A DNA stretch of 63,819 nt, counting the filler, from Cercozoa sp. M6MM (Eukaryota > Protista > Endomyxa: Ascetosporea): NCBI GenBank assembly GCA_040357565.1. It is 3 parts of 3 records of this genome, joined end to end, with 100 filler letters (N's around TTAATTAATTAA, not from the genome) between each part and the next. Parts side by side here need not be neighbours in the genome. Positions count along the whole stretch, not along the records: positions 22,146 to 39,925 come from JBDODJ010000255.1; positions 40,026 to 63,819 come from JBDODJ010000167.1; 1 more part is not named here. One strand, given 5' to 3'. Positions 34,803 through 49,725 of the stretch are shown here, in pieces (positions within the stretch are counted from its first letter, which is position 1; every line of letters starts with the position of its first letter). The notes below the pieces were generated by a model. The model was not told the DNA's origin and made no database searches. It was given only the letters and a program-made list of their open reading frames with translations. Made by a program: the position numbers and the translations under genes.

Positions 34803-36604
34803 CACCTGCTCGCCGGCCTGATCGTTCGAGAGCGAGTTCATCTTGACGAGCGACACCAGGTGGCGACGCGAGTTCACAACGGCTTCCTTAAAGGCCGCGT
34901 TGAGCTGCTTCTCGCGACGAGCACGGAACAAGAGCACCTACACACAAAAACGCTAATTTGGATTTTTTGACATCATTGCTCAAAGACGCAAAGGTACAAT
35001 GAGCAGCAGCATCTGCAGCGTCAGCGACGTCGCCAGCATGCCAATGGACGCACGCGACAGCGACTCCACTGAGCTGCGGTTGTCGGCGGCCTTCTCCGAG
35101 ATGACTGAAGAACACAGATTTTTTAAATAATTTGACTGCTTTGCCTGTAAGATCAAAAGTAGTATGCAATACCAGTGGCAGCCACAGGGAACAGGTCCAG
35201 CAGCTTTTTGTCGGTCGTTTGGTAGAGCGTAGGACGCCACACCGTGCCATTAGGATCAATGGCCGGCTTCAGGGCCTGCGCACACAAGGCATATAAAATC
35301 ACACACTTCACACTGTGCAGACGTGTACGAAGGTACCTCATTGGCGACCATGAGCAGGTTGAAAGCAATGTAGCCGCAGTTGGCAGCTGGCGCACCCGCA
35401 CACTACACAAAGGAACACACCTCCAAAGTTACGAAAAAAACACGGGAAAGAACGAAAATTCTCATGTCAGGCATATTCTCGGACTAATTTACCTCGGGAA
35501 TCTGGAGAACAGCCGCTTCGATCTGACGCAGCTGCTTTGAGTAGGCCAGTATGTCATCGCCGAGTTTCTGCACATACGCACACATATGAGAAGAATTGAT
35601 GTGAAAGTGTCATGTGACACACCTTCTGGTCATTGTCCTTGAGCCACCGGTACAGACGGTCGCGGTGGCTTGAGAACTCCTTCATCACTACACAAGCAAT
35701 AATAGCACACAGGCACATAAAACACAGACAGAGACACACCCGTCGAGTAGCGCTCATCCCAGTACGCCGTGCCGGGTCGAAACTCAACACCAATGGCACC
35801 GTAAGGCCAGACCCAGTCTGCCTGCGCAAACGTATCTAACATAGACGCACTATTCAACATACCAATGGCATCTCATACATAGGTCTCGTTGGTGTTGGTC
35901 GTGAGATCGGCGTGGATAGCCTGAGCCGTCTGGTTGAGCACGTCAAAGCCGGGCGACTTGAAGCGCATGTGCGACGCACCCACCAAGGTGTGGTGGCGGT
36001 ACGCCATCTATACAGCAAAACAGACCGAAGTGAGTGATCGTACAGGCCTAACATAGACCGAACAGCGAGTGACGCACCTTCCAGTTGGCACGAATGGCTT
36101 CCAGATCGTTCTGGAGCTCGTTGTTGATCCGCGACGACGTTGTTACGGAGAGTGCCAGCACCGTCACAAGCGCAACCAGGTTGAAAATAATGAAGGCCGT
36201 AACCAGGAAACGGGAGCGCTGCTTGAAGCCTGCAAACACCACACAGTTAACTTGAGGGGTCAGCAGGGAAAAAGAAATAGAAAAGAAGCAGTGCCTTCAA
36301 GTCGCAGGTGAGCCACACGAAGGTGCACAGCCGGCGACGGACCATGTGAGTCGGTTGAGACCTACCAATAGAAAGTAATGGTCTAGTATCACGAGAAGAT
36401 CATCAGGGAAAAAGAGCCTACCGAAGTGGCAGCCGACATACGACGGGCATCGATGGTGCCAGGATTGTCAAAGTCGTCAATGTCCATGTCTGCGAAGGTT
36501 GGCGTGTAGGTCGACGCACGACCAGCCGAGGTCGGTGACGCCGGCGGCTCAAACGACGACGGGCCGCCAGAGGCACCGGCCTCCAAGTCGATGCCGAGAT
36601 CCAT
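32935..36604 (-). CDS. Membrane protein with two TM-large loop-TM modules and a C-terminal RGS domain
   Basis: RGS: ARRLLRDLAKKKLCSENVDFL...IYAKFVDSSSSTQVNF...AMEEIRELLKA-NLHTELVRSQAF. Four hydrophobic helices: FLVTAFIIFNLVALVTVLAL, IGMLATSLTLQMLLLI-VLLF, FIIAL-VMVLNLVAGITLLTL, VAVVMCIVSCGVLLLAAFAL. Confidence 0.8.
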
Positions 36605-36896
36605 CCTCTGCTTCAGCACGAAGAGGTTGCTTCACACAAAGGCCAGAATAATACTGTCGCTGAGGGCGTGTTGCTGTCACGTGATTCTGCCACACAAAGC
36701 ACGTGGACGGATTCGCGACCCAAAAAAAAATGCACACACCCGAAAACTCCGTGCGTGCGCAGACGCAGCGTACCTTGTGCACGAACCACCAAACACTGAG
36801 CACAACAGAAAGCGAAATTGATCAGCACAATTCGAAAGTTGACACACGACCACCCAGGAGTGAAACGACCCACGACGAGTGACTCCGAAATTTGGA

Positions 36897-39925
<3,029 letters not shown>

Positions 39926-40025
39926 NNNNNNNNNNNNNNNNNNNNNNNNNNNNNNNNNNNNNNNNNNNNTTAATTAATTAANNNNNNNNNNNNNNNNNNN
40001 NNNNNNNNNNNNNNNNNNNNNNNNN
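39926..40025. other. Artificial contig-joining spacer N44-TTAATTAATTAA-N44
   Basis: Identical to 22046-22145. Confidence 0.95.
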
Positions 40026-40056
<31 letters not shown>

Positions 40057-40362
40057 CACACACACACACCGTACCTGTAGTCTAAAAATCTGTTGGCAGA
40101 GACAGGGACTGCGGTGCGTGGCAGCTGCATTGTAATTGCACGAAGAACCCACAAAAACAATCTTGAAATCATCAAACTTGTCGAGATTTATCAATAAATA
40201 TTATATTGGGCGGGCTGACCGCTCGATGTACCATCTTCGACTGGGAGACGACCACTTTTCTCTGCCAGCCGTTTCAAAGTCCATCCGGACAAACACATAA
40301 ATCCTGTGCAGTTGAGGCCTTTCTGAAGCTCTTAACTTGCGCACAGACGTGCTTAAACACTC

Positions 40363-43300
40363 ATGCAGCTGCGGATTGATCCAGAAGCTTCGCGTGAGCG
40401 TCGTGTGGTGCGTTTTTTCGCCCTTTTGTGTCCCTGTGCTGCTTTTGTGTGCGATCAGATTTGTGTATTTTTGGTCGCGACTGTAGGCCAGCGAGTCGCG
40501 CGATGAGGACGTACTGCGCTTTTGATGTCTCTGATTTGTGTTTTGGTGCAACTCTTTGTGTGGACAGACCGACGCCGAGGACAGCGAGTTGACTCGCGAG
40601 TTCGTGCGGCCCACGGTGGCTACGCGGCTCTCTGTGGTGCTTACCCCCCTTTTTACCCTTTACCTTCCTCACACCTTGAACTGTTTATCCCCTTTCACTG
40701 TTTGCCCTGTACCCTTTGACTGGACACAGAAGAAGAAAAAGGACCTACCGCCCGGCATTCAGTTGCGTCTGCGCAAGCGGCGCGAGCTGCGTCAACGTAT
40801 TTCACCATTTTTACCTCCTTACCTTTTTTACTCGTGTATCCTCGTTACCTCTTATACTCGTTTTACCCGCTTTACCCATTCACCCCCCCCCTACCCCTTT
40901 GCCGAGCAGAGCGCGTGCGGCAGAGCATGGACCTGATGGCTGAGATGGGCAGCAAGCAACTGCGCTCGCTCCAGTTGGATACTTCGGCAGCGTTGCAGCA
41001 GGTTCCCTTTTTACCCCCCTCTTTACCCCTTTTACCCCCTCTTTACCTCTTTTACCCCCTCCATTTTATTCCTGTTTCCTTTACCCCATTTACCTCCCCC
41101 CACAGACACCAAGGCAGAAGAAGCCGTCAACACCACTGGTTTTGCGAATGCTCAAGGTGAGATCGAACACGTGCCAAGGGGACTGAGAGGACACGTGCCA
41201 ACTGGGGATGCACGTGCCAAGTGTCTATCTGTGTGGACTAACTTGTTGTTCCTGCAGTCGCATCCGGTTCCGCCGCTGCCGTCGTCGCCGGGACGACAGG
41301 TACTTTGGGCTGACTTTACCCCCCCCTATCCCGATTTACCCCTTTGTACCTCTTGTACCCCTTTCCAGCCATTGTACCCCTTACCCATTTACTCCCTTTA
41401 CCCCCTCCCCCGTTACCCTCCCCCAGTTGGCACCGCCGTCGCCAAGTGTGGTGGCGCCGCCGCCGCCGCTGACGCCGTCACCGTCAGTGGCACCGTCAGT
41501 GGCACCGTCATCGGTGGCACGATCATCGGTGGCGCGATCATCGGTATCAGTGGCACCGTCGTCGGTGGCACCGTCGATGACGCCGCAGTCGAGTGTCGGA
41601 TCGTCGTCCTCGGATTACGACGAGGACAAGTACCACTTCGGGTGCGTTGTCTGCCTGCCCCTTAATTACTACTCGTACTGTACATGGTCCAATTTGTGTA
41701 CATTTCGGTACATTTGTACTGTGGACTCAGGTGTCTGTCGCACCAGTTCGCACTGACGTGTCAGTACACGCGGCGCGACGTCAAGCTGGCCGACATCATG
41801 ACCGGCTTCTTCGACGAGTACGCCTCGCTGTCGGTGAGGAGTTTCCTACTTTTCCCATCACTTCACCCTTACCCCCCTCCCCCGCAGGGAATGTATGCCG
41901 ACGCGGTGGGCAAACTGGTGGCGCGAACGACGTCGCAGTTGACTCAGTTGTGCGTTTTACCCCTCTTACCCTGTGACCCCTATTACCCCCCCCCCCTGAT
42001 AGGTACGAAGCGCGGCCATTTGTGGAGGCGTCGCTGCTGAACGACGAGGCCGAGGAGGCAGCGCACGGAGGGTCGCCGTCGCCGACGCACAAGGGACGTC
42101 TGCGCGGGCCGTCGCCGGCGCTGTTGCAGATGAACGACTTCTGGGAGTCCTCGTTGGTGGCGCTGCGCATCATTGAGCACATCTCGCAGGTAGTTTAGTC
42201 CACTGTTGACCCTCCTGTTTACCCCCTGTTTACCTCCCTGCTTACCCCCTACTCACCACCTGTTGACCCCTCCTGTTGACCCCTGTAGTCGTACAAGACG
42301 CTGGGAGGCACGCTGTCGCACACGGTGCACGAGCACGGCAACACGCAGGGCGAGCACGGCGCCGCACTGGTGCCCAACCAGCAGCGCAGCAAGGCCACTG
42401 TGCGCTCACTCATTGCTGAGGCCGAGCGGAAACGCAAGAAGGCTACACAGGTACACCCTTAATGTTGTCAAACACAAGGACTGTCTGTACCTGTGTATAA
42501 CTGGACTGCTGAATGGACAGGCACTAGCGAAACTGTTTCCGAAACAGACGCGCGAGATGCGGCGTCGTTTTTTGTTGGCGGCGGCCGATGCGCAACGGCA
42601 ACTGCGGCAGCGGTGTGTTTTGGGGGGCGGCGGGGGGCTTGTACCCTCTTTTACCCCCCCCCCCCCCGTAGTGACGACAAGGACGAAGCCGGCGGCAGTC
42701 TGCTCGACGCGGCCGAACGCGCTGATCGCGATGCCGTGCACGCGCTGCGCAAGTAATACGTTCACCTGCCTTCACTCCTCCCTCCGCCTGTTACCCCTTA
42801 CTCTCTTGCAGGTTCTACGCACAGCAGCCGGCGCGTCTGCGACGCCGTGCGCGCGAGGCCGTTCAGAAATACGAACGCTCACTGGAGGCACTCCGACGGT
42901 ACCTGTGAACTGTGTCCAGTGACTTTAGTTTCTACCACAGAGTGTCTGTCTGCACAGTGCCGAGAAGTCACACCAGTTGACCACTCTGGATCGATTGCGA
43001 CGCCTGCAATCGCACGATGAGCTGCATTTGCGCGGTCTCCATAGGTAACGATCACAGCAGTGATTTGGTGCCACTTTTGTATATTGTCTGTTTTAGTGCC
43101 TTGAACGCCTTTGTTTCTGCCCATCGAGAGCAAGGCGACGAGGTGCAACGCCTGCTCGAGTCGCTTTCGACTCTTACGGGAGATCTCGATGTAACTTGAT
43201 GCTGCCTGTTGTGGGTTTTGGTTGCTGCACTGTAGCGCATACACATATATTTGGATAGGCCAGGAGAGACATGCGAGCCTTTGTTGTCAGTGTACCATGC

Positions 43301-44863
43301 CCTTAACGTTTTGTGTTATTAGTCCGAATACACAAACCCGGTTTTTTTTGGCAGGTGATTGAAGCACATGGCAGCGCGCCCGAGTTCGTACCAACGCCGC
43401 ATGGACTGTCTTTCACTTCACAGCACCTGCGGGAGCTGTCACTAGGGTTTTCCAAGTCCTACTTGCCGCGTTTGTGATCAGTTGTATTTTGGGGTTTTGT
43501 TGCCACAGAGAAGAGGAGTTCGAGCGGCAACTTGACAGCTCTGAGCGCATGTTGTGCAACACACTCACGGTATGTGTCGTTTTTCTTATTTGGTAGCTGT
43601 TGGCAGCTGTTGGACCGTATGTTTGTTTTTTTCTGTCCTGCAGGCTCTGCCGTCGTGTGCTGATCTTACCGAGGAACAGGTAGCCATGTCCTGCTTGGTC
43701 TCTTTGTGGGAGTACAAACACGAGTTGTCCCTGTGTGCAGATTCGCGAGTTGGTGCGCGATGTGCCGCCGCCCGAACTGGACCAGGTGCTGCAAGACAAG
43801 GACCTGTGCGCCGGCTTCTCGCTCTTCCTGGCGTAGGCTTTTGTTAAGGGGGGGTGGTTTCTATGGCTAAGGGTGCTGGTCGAGGTAAGGGTGTTGGACT
43901 GTGTGTGCACAGGCGAAGTCTGTGCTCAGAGAATCTCACGGCATACGAGAAAATGATCGCGTTCGAACAGGACGATCATCGGTATTTTTTTGGCACTGGA
44001 GGTGGTAAAGGAAGGTCAGAGTGGGGATAGGTGTACGATGGCAACTGTGTAGCAACTGGGAGGAGTGGCTCGTGGTGGGTGCGCCCACCAAGAGCATGCA
44101 GGTGTCAGGAGGCATGCCTGTCAACACGACGATCGACGACGCGACCGAACTGACGTCGCTTGTGTTTGGCGACAGCGCTGGCGACTCAGGCGACAGCAAG
44201 ACTACCAACGAGGTATTACCCCTCTCTTCCCCCCCCCCCACACACCCCCCCCACCCCCCTTTATCCCTTTACCCCTTTACCCCGACAGCGACAGCCGCGA
44301 CGCAGTATTTTCGGGCGACTGCAGCGTGACAAGGACAGCGGTGACAGGGACAGGGACAGTGGCGCCAACAAGAGCAACCGCAGTCTGCCGTCCGCGTGGA
44401 CGCAGAAGGCTCCGTCACGCAGCGAGTCCATGGTAGCATGTTACCCTCTTTACCCCTACCCCTTTACCCTCCGTCCTCGCAGGTGGCGCTGCCTACACTG
44501 ACGCAGCTGCGCGTGCGATTTGCGAATCACATCTGGCAGGTGCACCTGTCGGAGGAGGCGCCGCACTGCGTCAACCTGCCGTACCAGGTGGTGCAGGACG
44601 TGCGTGCTGCACTCGACACGTACGAGGGCAAACACACCGACCTCTTCCGCGACTGCAAGGCCGAACTGTACGATCTCATGGTGCGTTTGTCCTCTTCCCC
44701 TACCCCTATCCTTTATACCCTGTCCTTTACCTTTACCCCTACCCCCCCCCAGAGACGCGACTCGTTGCGACGCTTCCTAGAGTCGCGCGAGTACGTCAAT
44801 GCGTTGTCGACGCGCATGCTGACGACGACAGGCAACACCTCATCGGCGTCCGAGTCCCCTTGA
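40363..44863 (+). CDS. RGS-domain protein with a putative F-BAR-like helical region
   Basis: RGS halves LDQVLQDKDLCAGFSLFL-AKSLCSENL and IWQVHLSEEAPHCVNL...LFRDCKAELYDLM-RRDSLRRFLESREY. Upstream LADIMTGFFDEYASLSGMYADAVGKL resembles the FCH motif. Start uncertain. Confidence 0.72.
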
Positions 44864-45161
44864 GCTGTGTGTGTGCGTCACCTCCCCGTCCCCGCCTTAT
44901 TCTCTCGGTCGCTCCCGTCCGTCCCGATGGTTTGGTCTGTCAGTTCGTCGCATAGCGTGTCCACTCTTATCTTGCCTTGCCCTTCCTCGCTCGCCGGCCT
45001 CATCGTGATCATTTGCTAGAGGTAGAGCTTGACCCGTCTAAGTCGCGGTGGGCATTCAATTTAATGCAACCTTTATTGGTACAAAAAGTAATTTTACGTA
45101 ACCGACATGCATACAGTAGTAGTAGACGGGAACCCGGCATGAGGGAAAGATGGAAGGTCGG

Positions 45162-45797
45162 TCAGTGCAGGCCAGAGAAAGTGCGCACGGAGTGATCGAC
45201 GACCTTCATGAACTCCTGGGCCTCCTCGTTGTTCTCGGCAAAAGTGAGCCACTCCTGAAGCGTGATGAAGTTGTCGGCGTTCTGGTCGGCGTAGTCGAAC
45301 ACCATGAGTGCCTTGTCGCGCGCCACTTGTCTGCACACAGTCTCTCTTATGGACTCCCTGTAACCTTTACTTAGGACCCTCTACCTGATGGTGCTGGACT
45401 CGACGTTCGGGTACTGCTGCTTGAGCACGCTGGCGATGATGTTCTCAAGCTCGAAGAGCGTGACCTTCTGGTCGCCGTTGCGGTCGAAGATGCGGAAGGC
45501 CATCTCGGCCTTGGTGCGCACGTCGGCCGACGACTTGCTGGCCAGCGTGATGACGTACTCGCGGAAGTCGACGCGGCCGTCGTTGTCCTTGTCGAACACG
45601 CGCCACCACAGCTCGGCCAGCTCGCTCGTCAGACCGGCATCGGCCAGCACCTGCAAGAAACGCTCATGGTCAATGTAGCCCGTGCCGGACACGCTGTTGA
45701 ACATCTCCATCATGGCCGACAGGCGCTCCGACGTGATGTCCGTCTGGTGCGACAGATCGTCCAGGTCCGTCCGCGTCTTGCCCAGTCGGTTGCCCAT
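45162..45797 (-). CDS. N-myristoylated EF-hand calcium sensor (NCS/recoverin/calcineurin-B-like)
   Basis: MGN start; EF loops DKDNDGRVDFRE, DRNGDQKVTLFE, DQNADNFITLQE; one intron at about 45331-45384. Confidence 0.9.
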
Positions 45798-46124
45798 CGC
45801 TTTGTTTCACTGAAATTTTGCTTCCTGCACAGTTTCGTTTTCCCAAACGATCGTTGTGCAAAACGGAGAAAACCGAGAACGAGAGGAAAGCAAAACCTAT
45901 TGACGGTTGCACCTAGCGTCAAATAGACGAGTACTATAGCGTAGTAGCACGTGTGCGTCACCGGTGCTGTCGATCTTTGGCGTTGGGCGTCACAGCTGTT
46001 CTGTAGCCACCCATCGAACCGGAGCAGCTCTCGAGTGCCACGCTTCTGGCTTTTTCGCTTCCTGACCGCAACTGTAGTCGCTGAGCACGATTGTGCCGCA
46101 TCCAGGAGGCAGTGCGAAACCACA

Positions 46125-48597
46125 ATGAAGTTGGTAATCTCGCACTTTGCCCGTTTCATCCGCACAGTATTATTTGGGTGGTTAAAAGAGTACACTGAAA
46201 TGCGCTCTTTAGTTACCGTGGCTTACCATCGGCTCCTTGGCCGTTAGCGCTTTCGCTACGTCATTTGATGTCGATCTGCAACGAACGCTCGAAGACGTCA
46301 AGTCAGTTTGCAGTTCACAGAATTCTTGGGGGTTGTTTGGAATCGCTTGCTTGCGCAGGTCAATGGAGGAGACGACTCAGAAGCTGGCGACTTCCATCCT
46401 GTCGGGCCACTCGAAGGGTGATGCCTACGAGCGTCTGAAGCTCATGACGAACCGAGGCCGTACCTCTTCTTTTGTACTATTTTAAATTCCAGGTGCATCT
46501 TCTCTTTCGTACAGCTCGCATGGGCAACTCCAAGAACCTCGCCGACACCATCGAGCACGCTGTTAACAGAATGCGCCGCGAGGTATTTTGTGGCTATTGC
46601 TCGTTTCTTGTTGCTTTTCAGTGTATGAAACCAAACACGTCCGTTGTCTACTCACACAGGGTCTGTTCGACAATGTGTGGACAATGGAAGTGAACGATGT
46701 GCCGAACTGGACCCGCGGTGATATTCGGTATTTTCAGTTTATTTGTGTTTTGTTTTTCTGCCGAACTGACGTGACGGGGGCATGTACGCACACAGTGCCG
46801 AAATCGTGACACCGAATGGCCGAACGGCAGAGCTGGACGTGATCGCGATTGGCGGCAGTGATCCCACGCCGTCTGGCGGCATCACGTACTGTCTCTCATT
46901 ATGATTGGTGAACTGATTCACATAAATGACTTCTTGTTGCACAGGGCCAAGGTCGTGCACGTGTCCGACTTTGAGGAACTCGAGGTGCCTAGTGACTCGT
47001 TGGGTCTCTAAAGTATTTAGTGCTCACACGTGTGCACACAGAGGAAGGGCGCCAAGGGCGAACTCGAGGGCGCCATCGTGTTTGTGAACCACCAGTGCGA
47101 CTGGCTGAACCGTCCGGTCACGTGCTACTCGGACACGACAGGCTTCCGTCGCAACGCTGCTGTACACACTCCTTAAGGGAGTGCTGGCAGAAATAACTAA
47201 GGGCGTGCGTAGGCCAAGGCAGCTCCGCATGGCGCCGTGGCGGCTTTGGTGCGTTCGTCGGGCTTCAACGACGACCTGCCGCACACGGGCTCGCTGTACT
47301 ACGTCGACGGTGTGCCGCGCATCCGTACCACTGTCCCTTTTCTGACCCCCTTTACCCCCTTCTTTACCACCTCCGCCCCCCAAATGGTACAGCCTCGGCG
47401 GCACTGTCGAACCCGTCGGCCGACCTGTTGGAGTCGATCCTCTTCGATGCTGACACTGCCTACAATGTGTGTCCTTACCCCCCTACTCCCCACCCCTCTA
47501 TTTCCTTCCTGTTAAATTTTTTTACCCCAGGGTGGAAAGACGGTGCACCTGCGCATGACGGCCACCAACAACGGCGTTCTAAAGCCCCCCCCCCTTACTT
47601 GCACCTTTTACCCCCCCCCCCTTTTGTTCCACACAACTTTTTTTACCTCCACCTCTTTTGTCCCCTTACTCCTTTACCCCCCCCCCCCCAGTGTGGCGGA
47701 GATCAAGGGCGAGACTGACGAAATCGTCGTTTTTGGCGGCCACATCGACTCGTGGGACGTTGGCATGGGCGCACAGGATGATGCGGTATTTGCCCTACCC
47801 CCTACCCCGTTACCCTCTTGCCTTGATTGTTTCGACAGGGTGGTTTCGCAATCTCGTGGGCTGCCCTAGCTGCTATCGCTCGAGGTATGGCACTTTGCCC
47901 CTTCCCCCGACCCCCTTACCCCCCCCATGTAGAGAACCTGCGACCAAAGCGTACGTTGCGACTGGTGGGTTGGACGAGCGAGGAGATGGGCAACGCGCCT
48001 GGTGGCCGTGCCTACCGTACATCTTTATCATACTTCCTTACTCCCTTCCCCTTTACCCTCTTCCCGGTGGTAGGTGACTACATCAAGAGTGCCGGCGAGT
48101 TGCAGAAGCACGTGCTGGCCATGGAGAGCGACGGCGGTGTTCGTGGTAGCTTTACTGTTTTCTTACCTCCCCCTCTTACCCCTCCTGATAGAACCTCGTG
48201 GAATTGAGTTCTCGGGGCACGCGGAGCACGCGAGGAGTTTCCCGGTGATGCGCGCCGTGTCGCAGCTGCTATCGCAGGCGCCGCTGTCGCTGCCGCACGC
48301 GCTCAAAGCTGACGGACATGGAGTCGACATCGACCCTATCACAAAGCTCGGTGTGCCAGCCCTCTCGCTGTGGAACGACCGGCGCACCTACTTCAAGTGG
48401 CACCACACCGAGATGGACACCATCCAGCACACTGGCATGAATGCCGACGAGATGGACCGCTGCACTGCCGTCTGGTACAACATTTACTATGATGTGTCTC
48501 TACTCAGGTACAAATGGACAACACCTTGGACAGGGCTGTGACGGCCTACGCCGTTGCCAACCTGGAAGAGTCGCTGCCGCGTGTGATCGAGGTTTAA
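46125..48597 (+). CDS. CPQ: Carboxypeptidase Q-like M28 metallopeptidase with signal peptide
   Basis: MKLLPWLTIGSLAVSAFA signal; VPNWTRG; GAVAALVRS..PHTG; GGHIDSWDVGMGAQDD; LRPKRTLRLVGWTSEEMG; LAMESDGG; YFKWHHTEMDT. Confidence 0.9.
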
Positions 48598-48655
48598 GCA
48601 TCCTCGCAGGCTTGCGTCATTGCTTGTGCTCTCGCGTGAGCAAATTAGATGTTAG

Positions 48656-49536
48656 TTATGGTACTGTGTATACGTCAAAATTATCCTGGACCGAATTAAA
48701 CTGCAAAGCACTAGGCAGGGTCGCCAAGAAGCGGCAGAATTTCGTGTGCCTTGCTTGTTTCGCGCGGCGTGCTGCCCTTGCTGGTGACTGCAAAACCAAT
48801 CTAAAAATTTTTTGCCTCAAGGGCGATGACTGAAAAAAGCAGAACTGACGCAGAGCAAGCCTCCTCCTGAGTGTTCGTGCTTGTTTCTGAAGCGCCTGCT
48901 TGGCGGACTGAAACACTGAAAGGTTGCCGGCCGATGGTTGCGTGCTCGGAGTCGGCGCCGAAGACGAGAAGAGCACGCTGCTGCTTACGGCGTTGATCTC
49001 GCGCTTGCGGCACTGCAGCTCGCTCAGTGTCACCAGCACGGCGCATTGCGAGATCTAATGCCAAATCAACCGTCACTAGGTTCTAGAACCACGAAATTTA
49101 AACAACTGAACACAAAGTGTCAATCAACTGAACAAACCAGATGGGTATTACCGTTCCAAGCCACCAGCCAGACCTCCGTGGCAAACCGTAGTTAGCGCAC
49201 ACCAGCACCAAATGAAAGCTACAGCACCTATGCATCATTTTCTGCTCTCAAAGTAGAAACAACGGAACAGTACAAGTAGGTGGTCGCGACGTAGTCCAAC
49301 ACGCGGCGACTCTTGTGCACAATTTCGCCGTTGAGCCAGACGAGCACCGGCAGTGCAAGCCATTGCCACCACACGGCAGTCTGCCCGTCCAGTAACGCTC
49401 CTTCCTCCGATGACAGCACCGACAGCAGCATCAGCAACCACCGGAACAACCACAGAGTCAGATAGAACAGCAACTGCAGCACTGCGATGCGAAGCAGCAC
49501 CACCAGTGGCTGATCGTGCGACCTCCACTGCACCAT
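48656..49536 (-). CDS. SYS1: SYS1-family Golgi integral membrane protein
   Basis: DQPLVVLLRIAVLQLLFY, VHKSRRVLDYVATTY, GLPRRSGWW, LSELQCRKREI match the SYS1 pattern. 3' end approximate. Confidence 0.75.
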
Positions 49537-49725
49537 TTTAAGGTCTACCCCCGCTCACTACACTAAATAATACGTGACAGAGCGGGTTAGACCAATCACA
49601 GGAGTACAGAATCAGAATACCAAGGCAGTTTTTATCTTAAATTTTAATTACAGGAAATCCGGCGCTCTCTCGTGGGCACGGACAGCTGGCAGAGCAGAAG
49701 AACAGTGCAGACGCGTGCGATCGCT
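49537..49725. promoter_or_regulatory. Putative bidirectional promoter (SYS1/PPR) with CCAAT box
   Basis: About 190 bp between divergent ATGs; GACCAATCA at about 49590. Confidence 0.45.

Noticed and set aside
40070-40194. Minus-strand fragment (KIVFVGSSC...QIFRLQ) as the GPCR's upstream exon
   Set aside because: It lies across an artificial spacer and the similarity to a Venus-flytrap domain is too weak.
41002-41105. TTTACCC arrays as interstitial telomere repeats
   Set aside because: The reverse complement is GGGTAAA, not TTAGGG/TTTAGGG; the arrays are degenerate and intron-bound.
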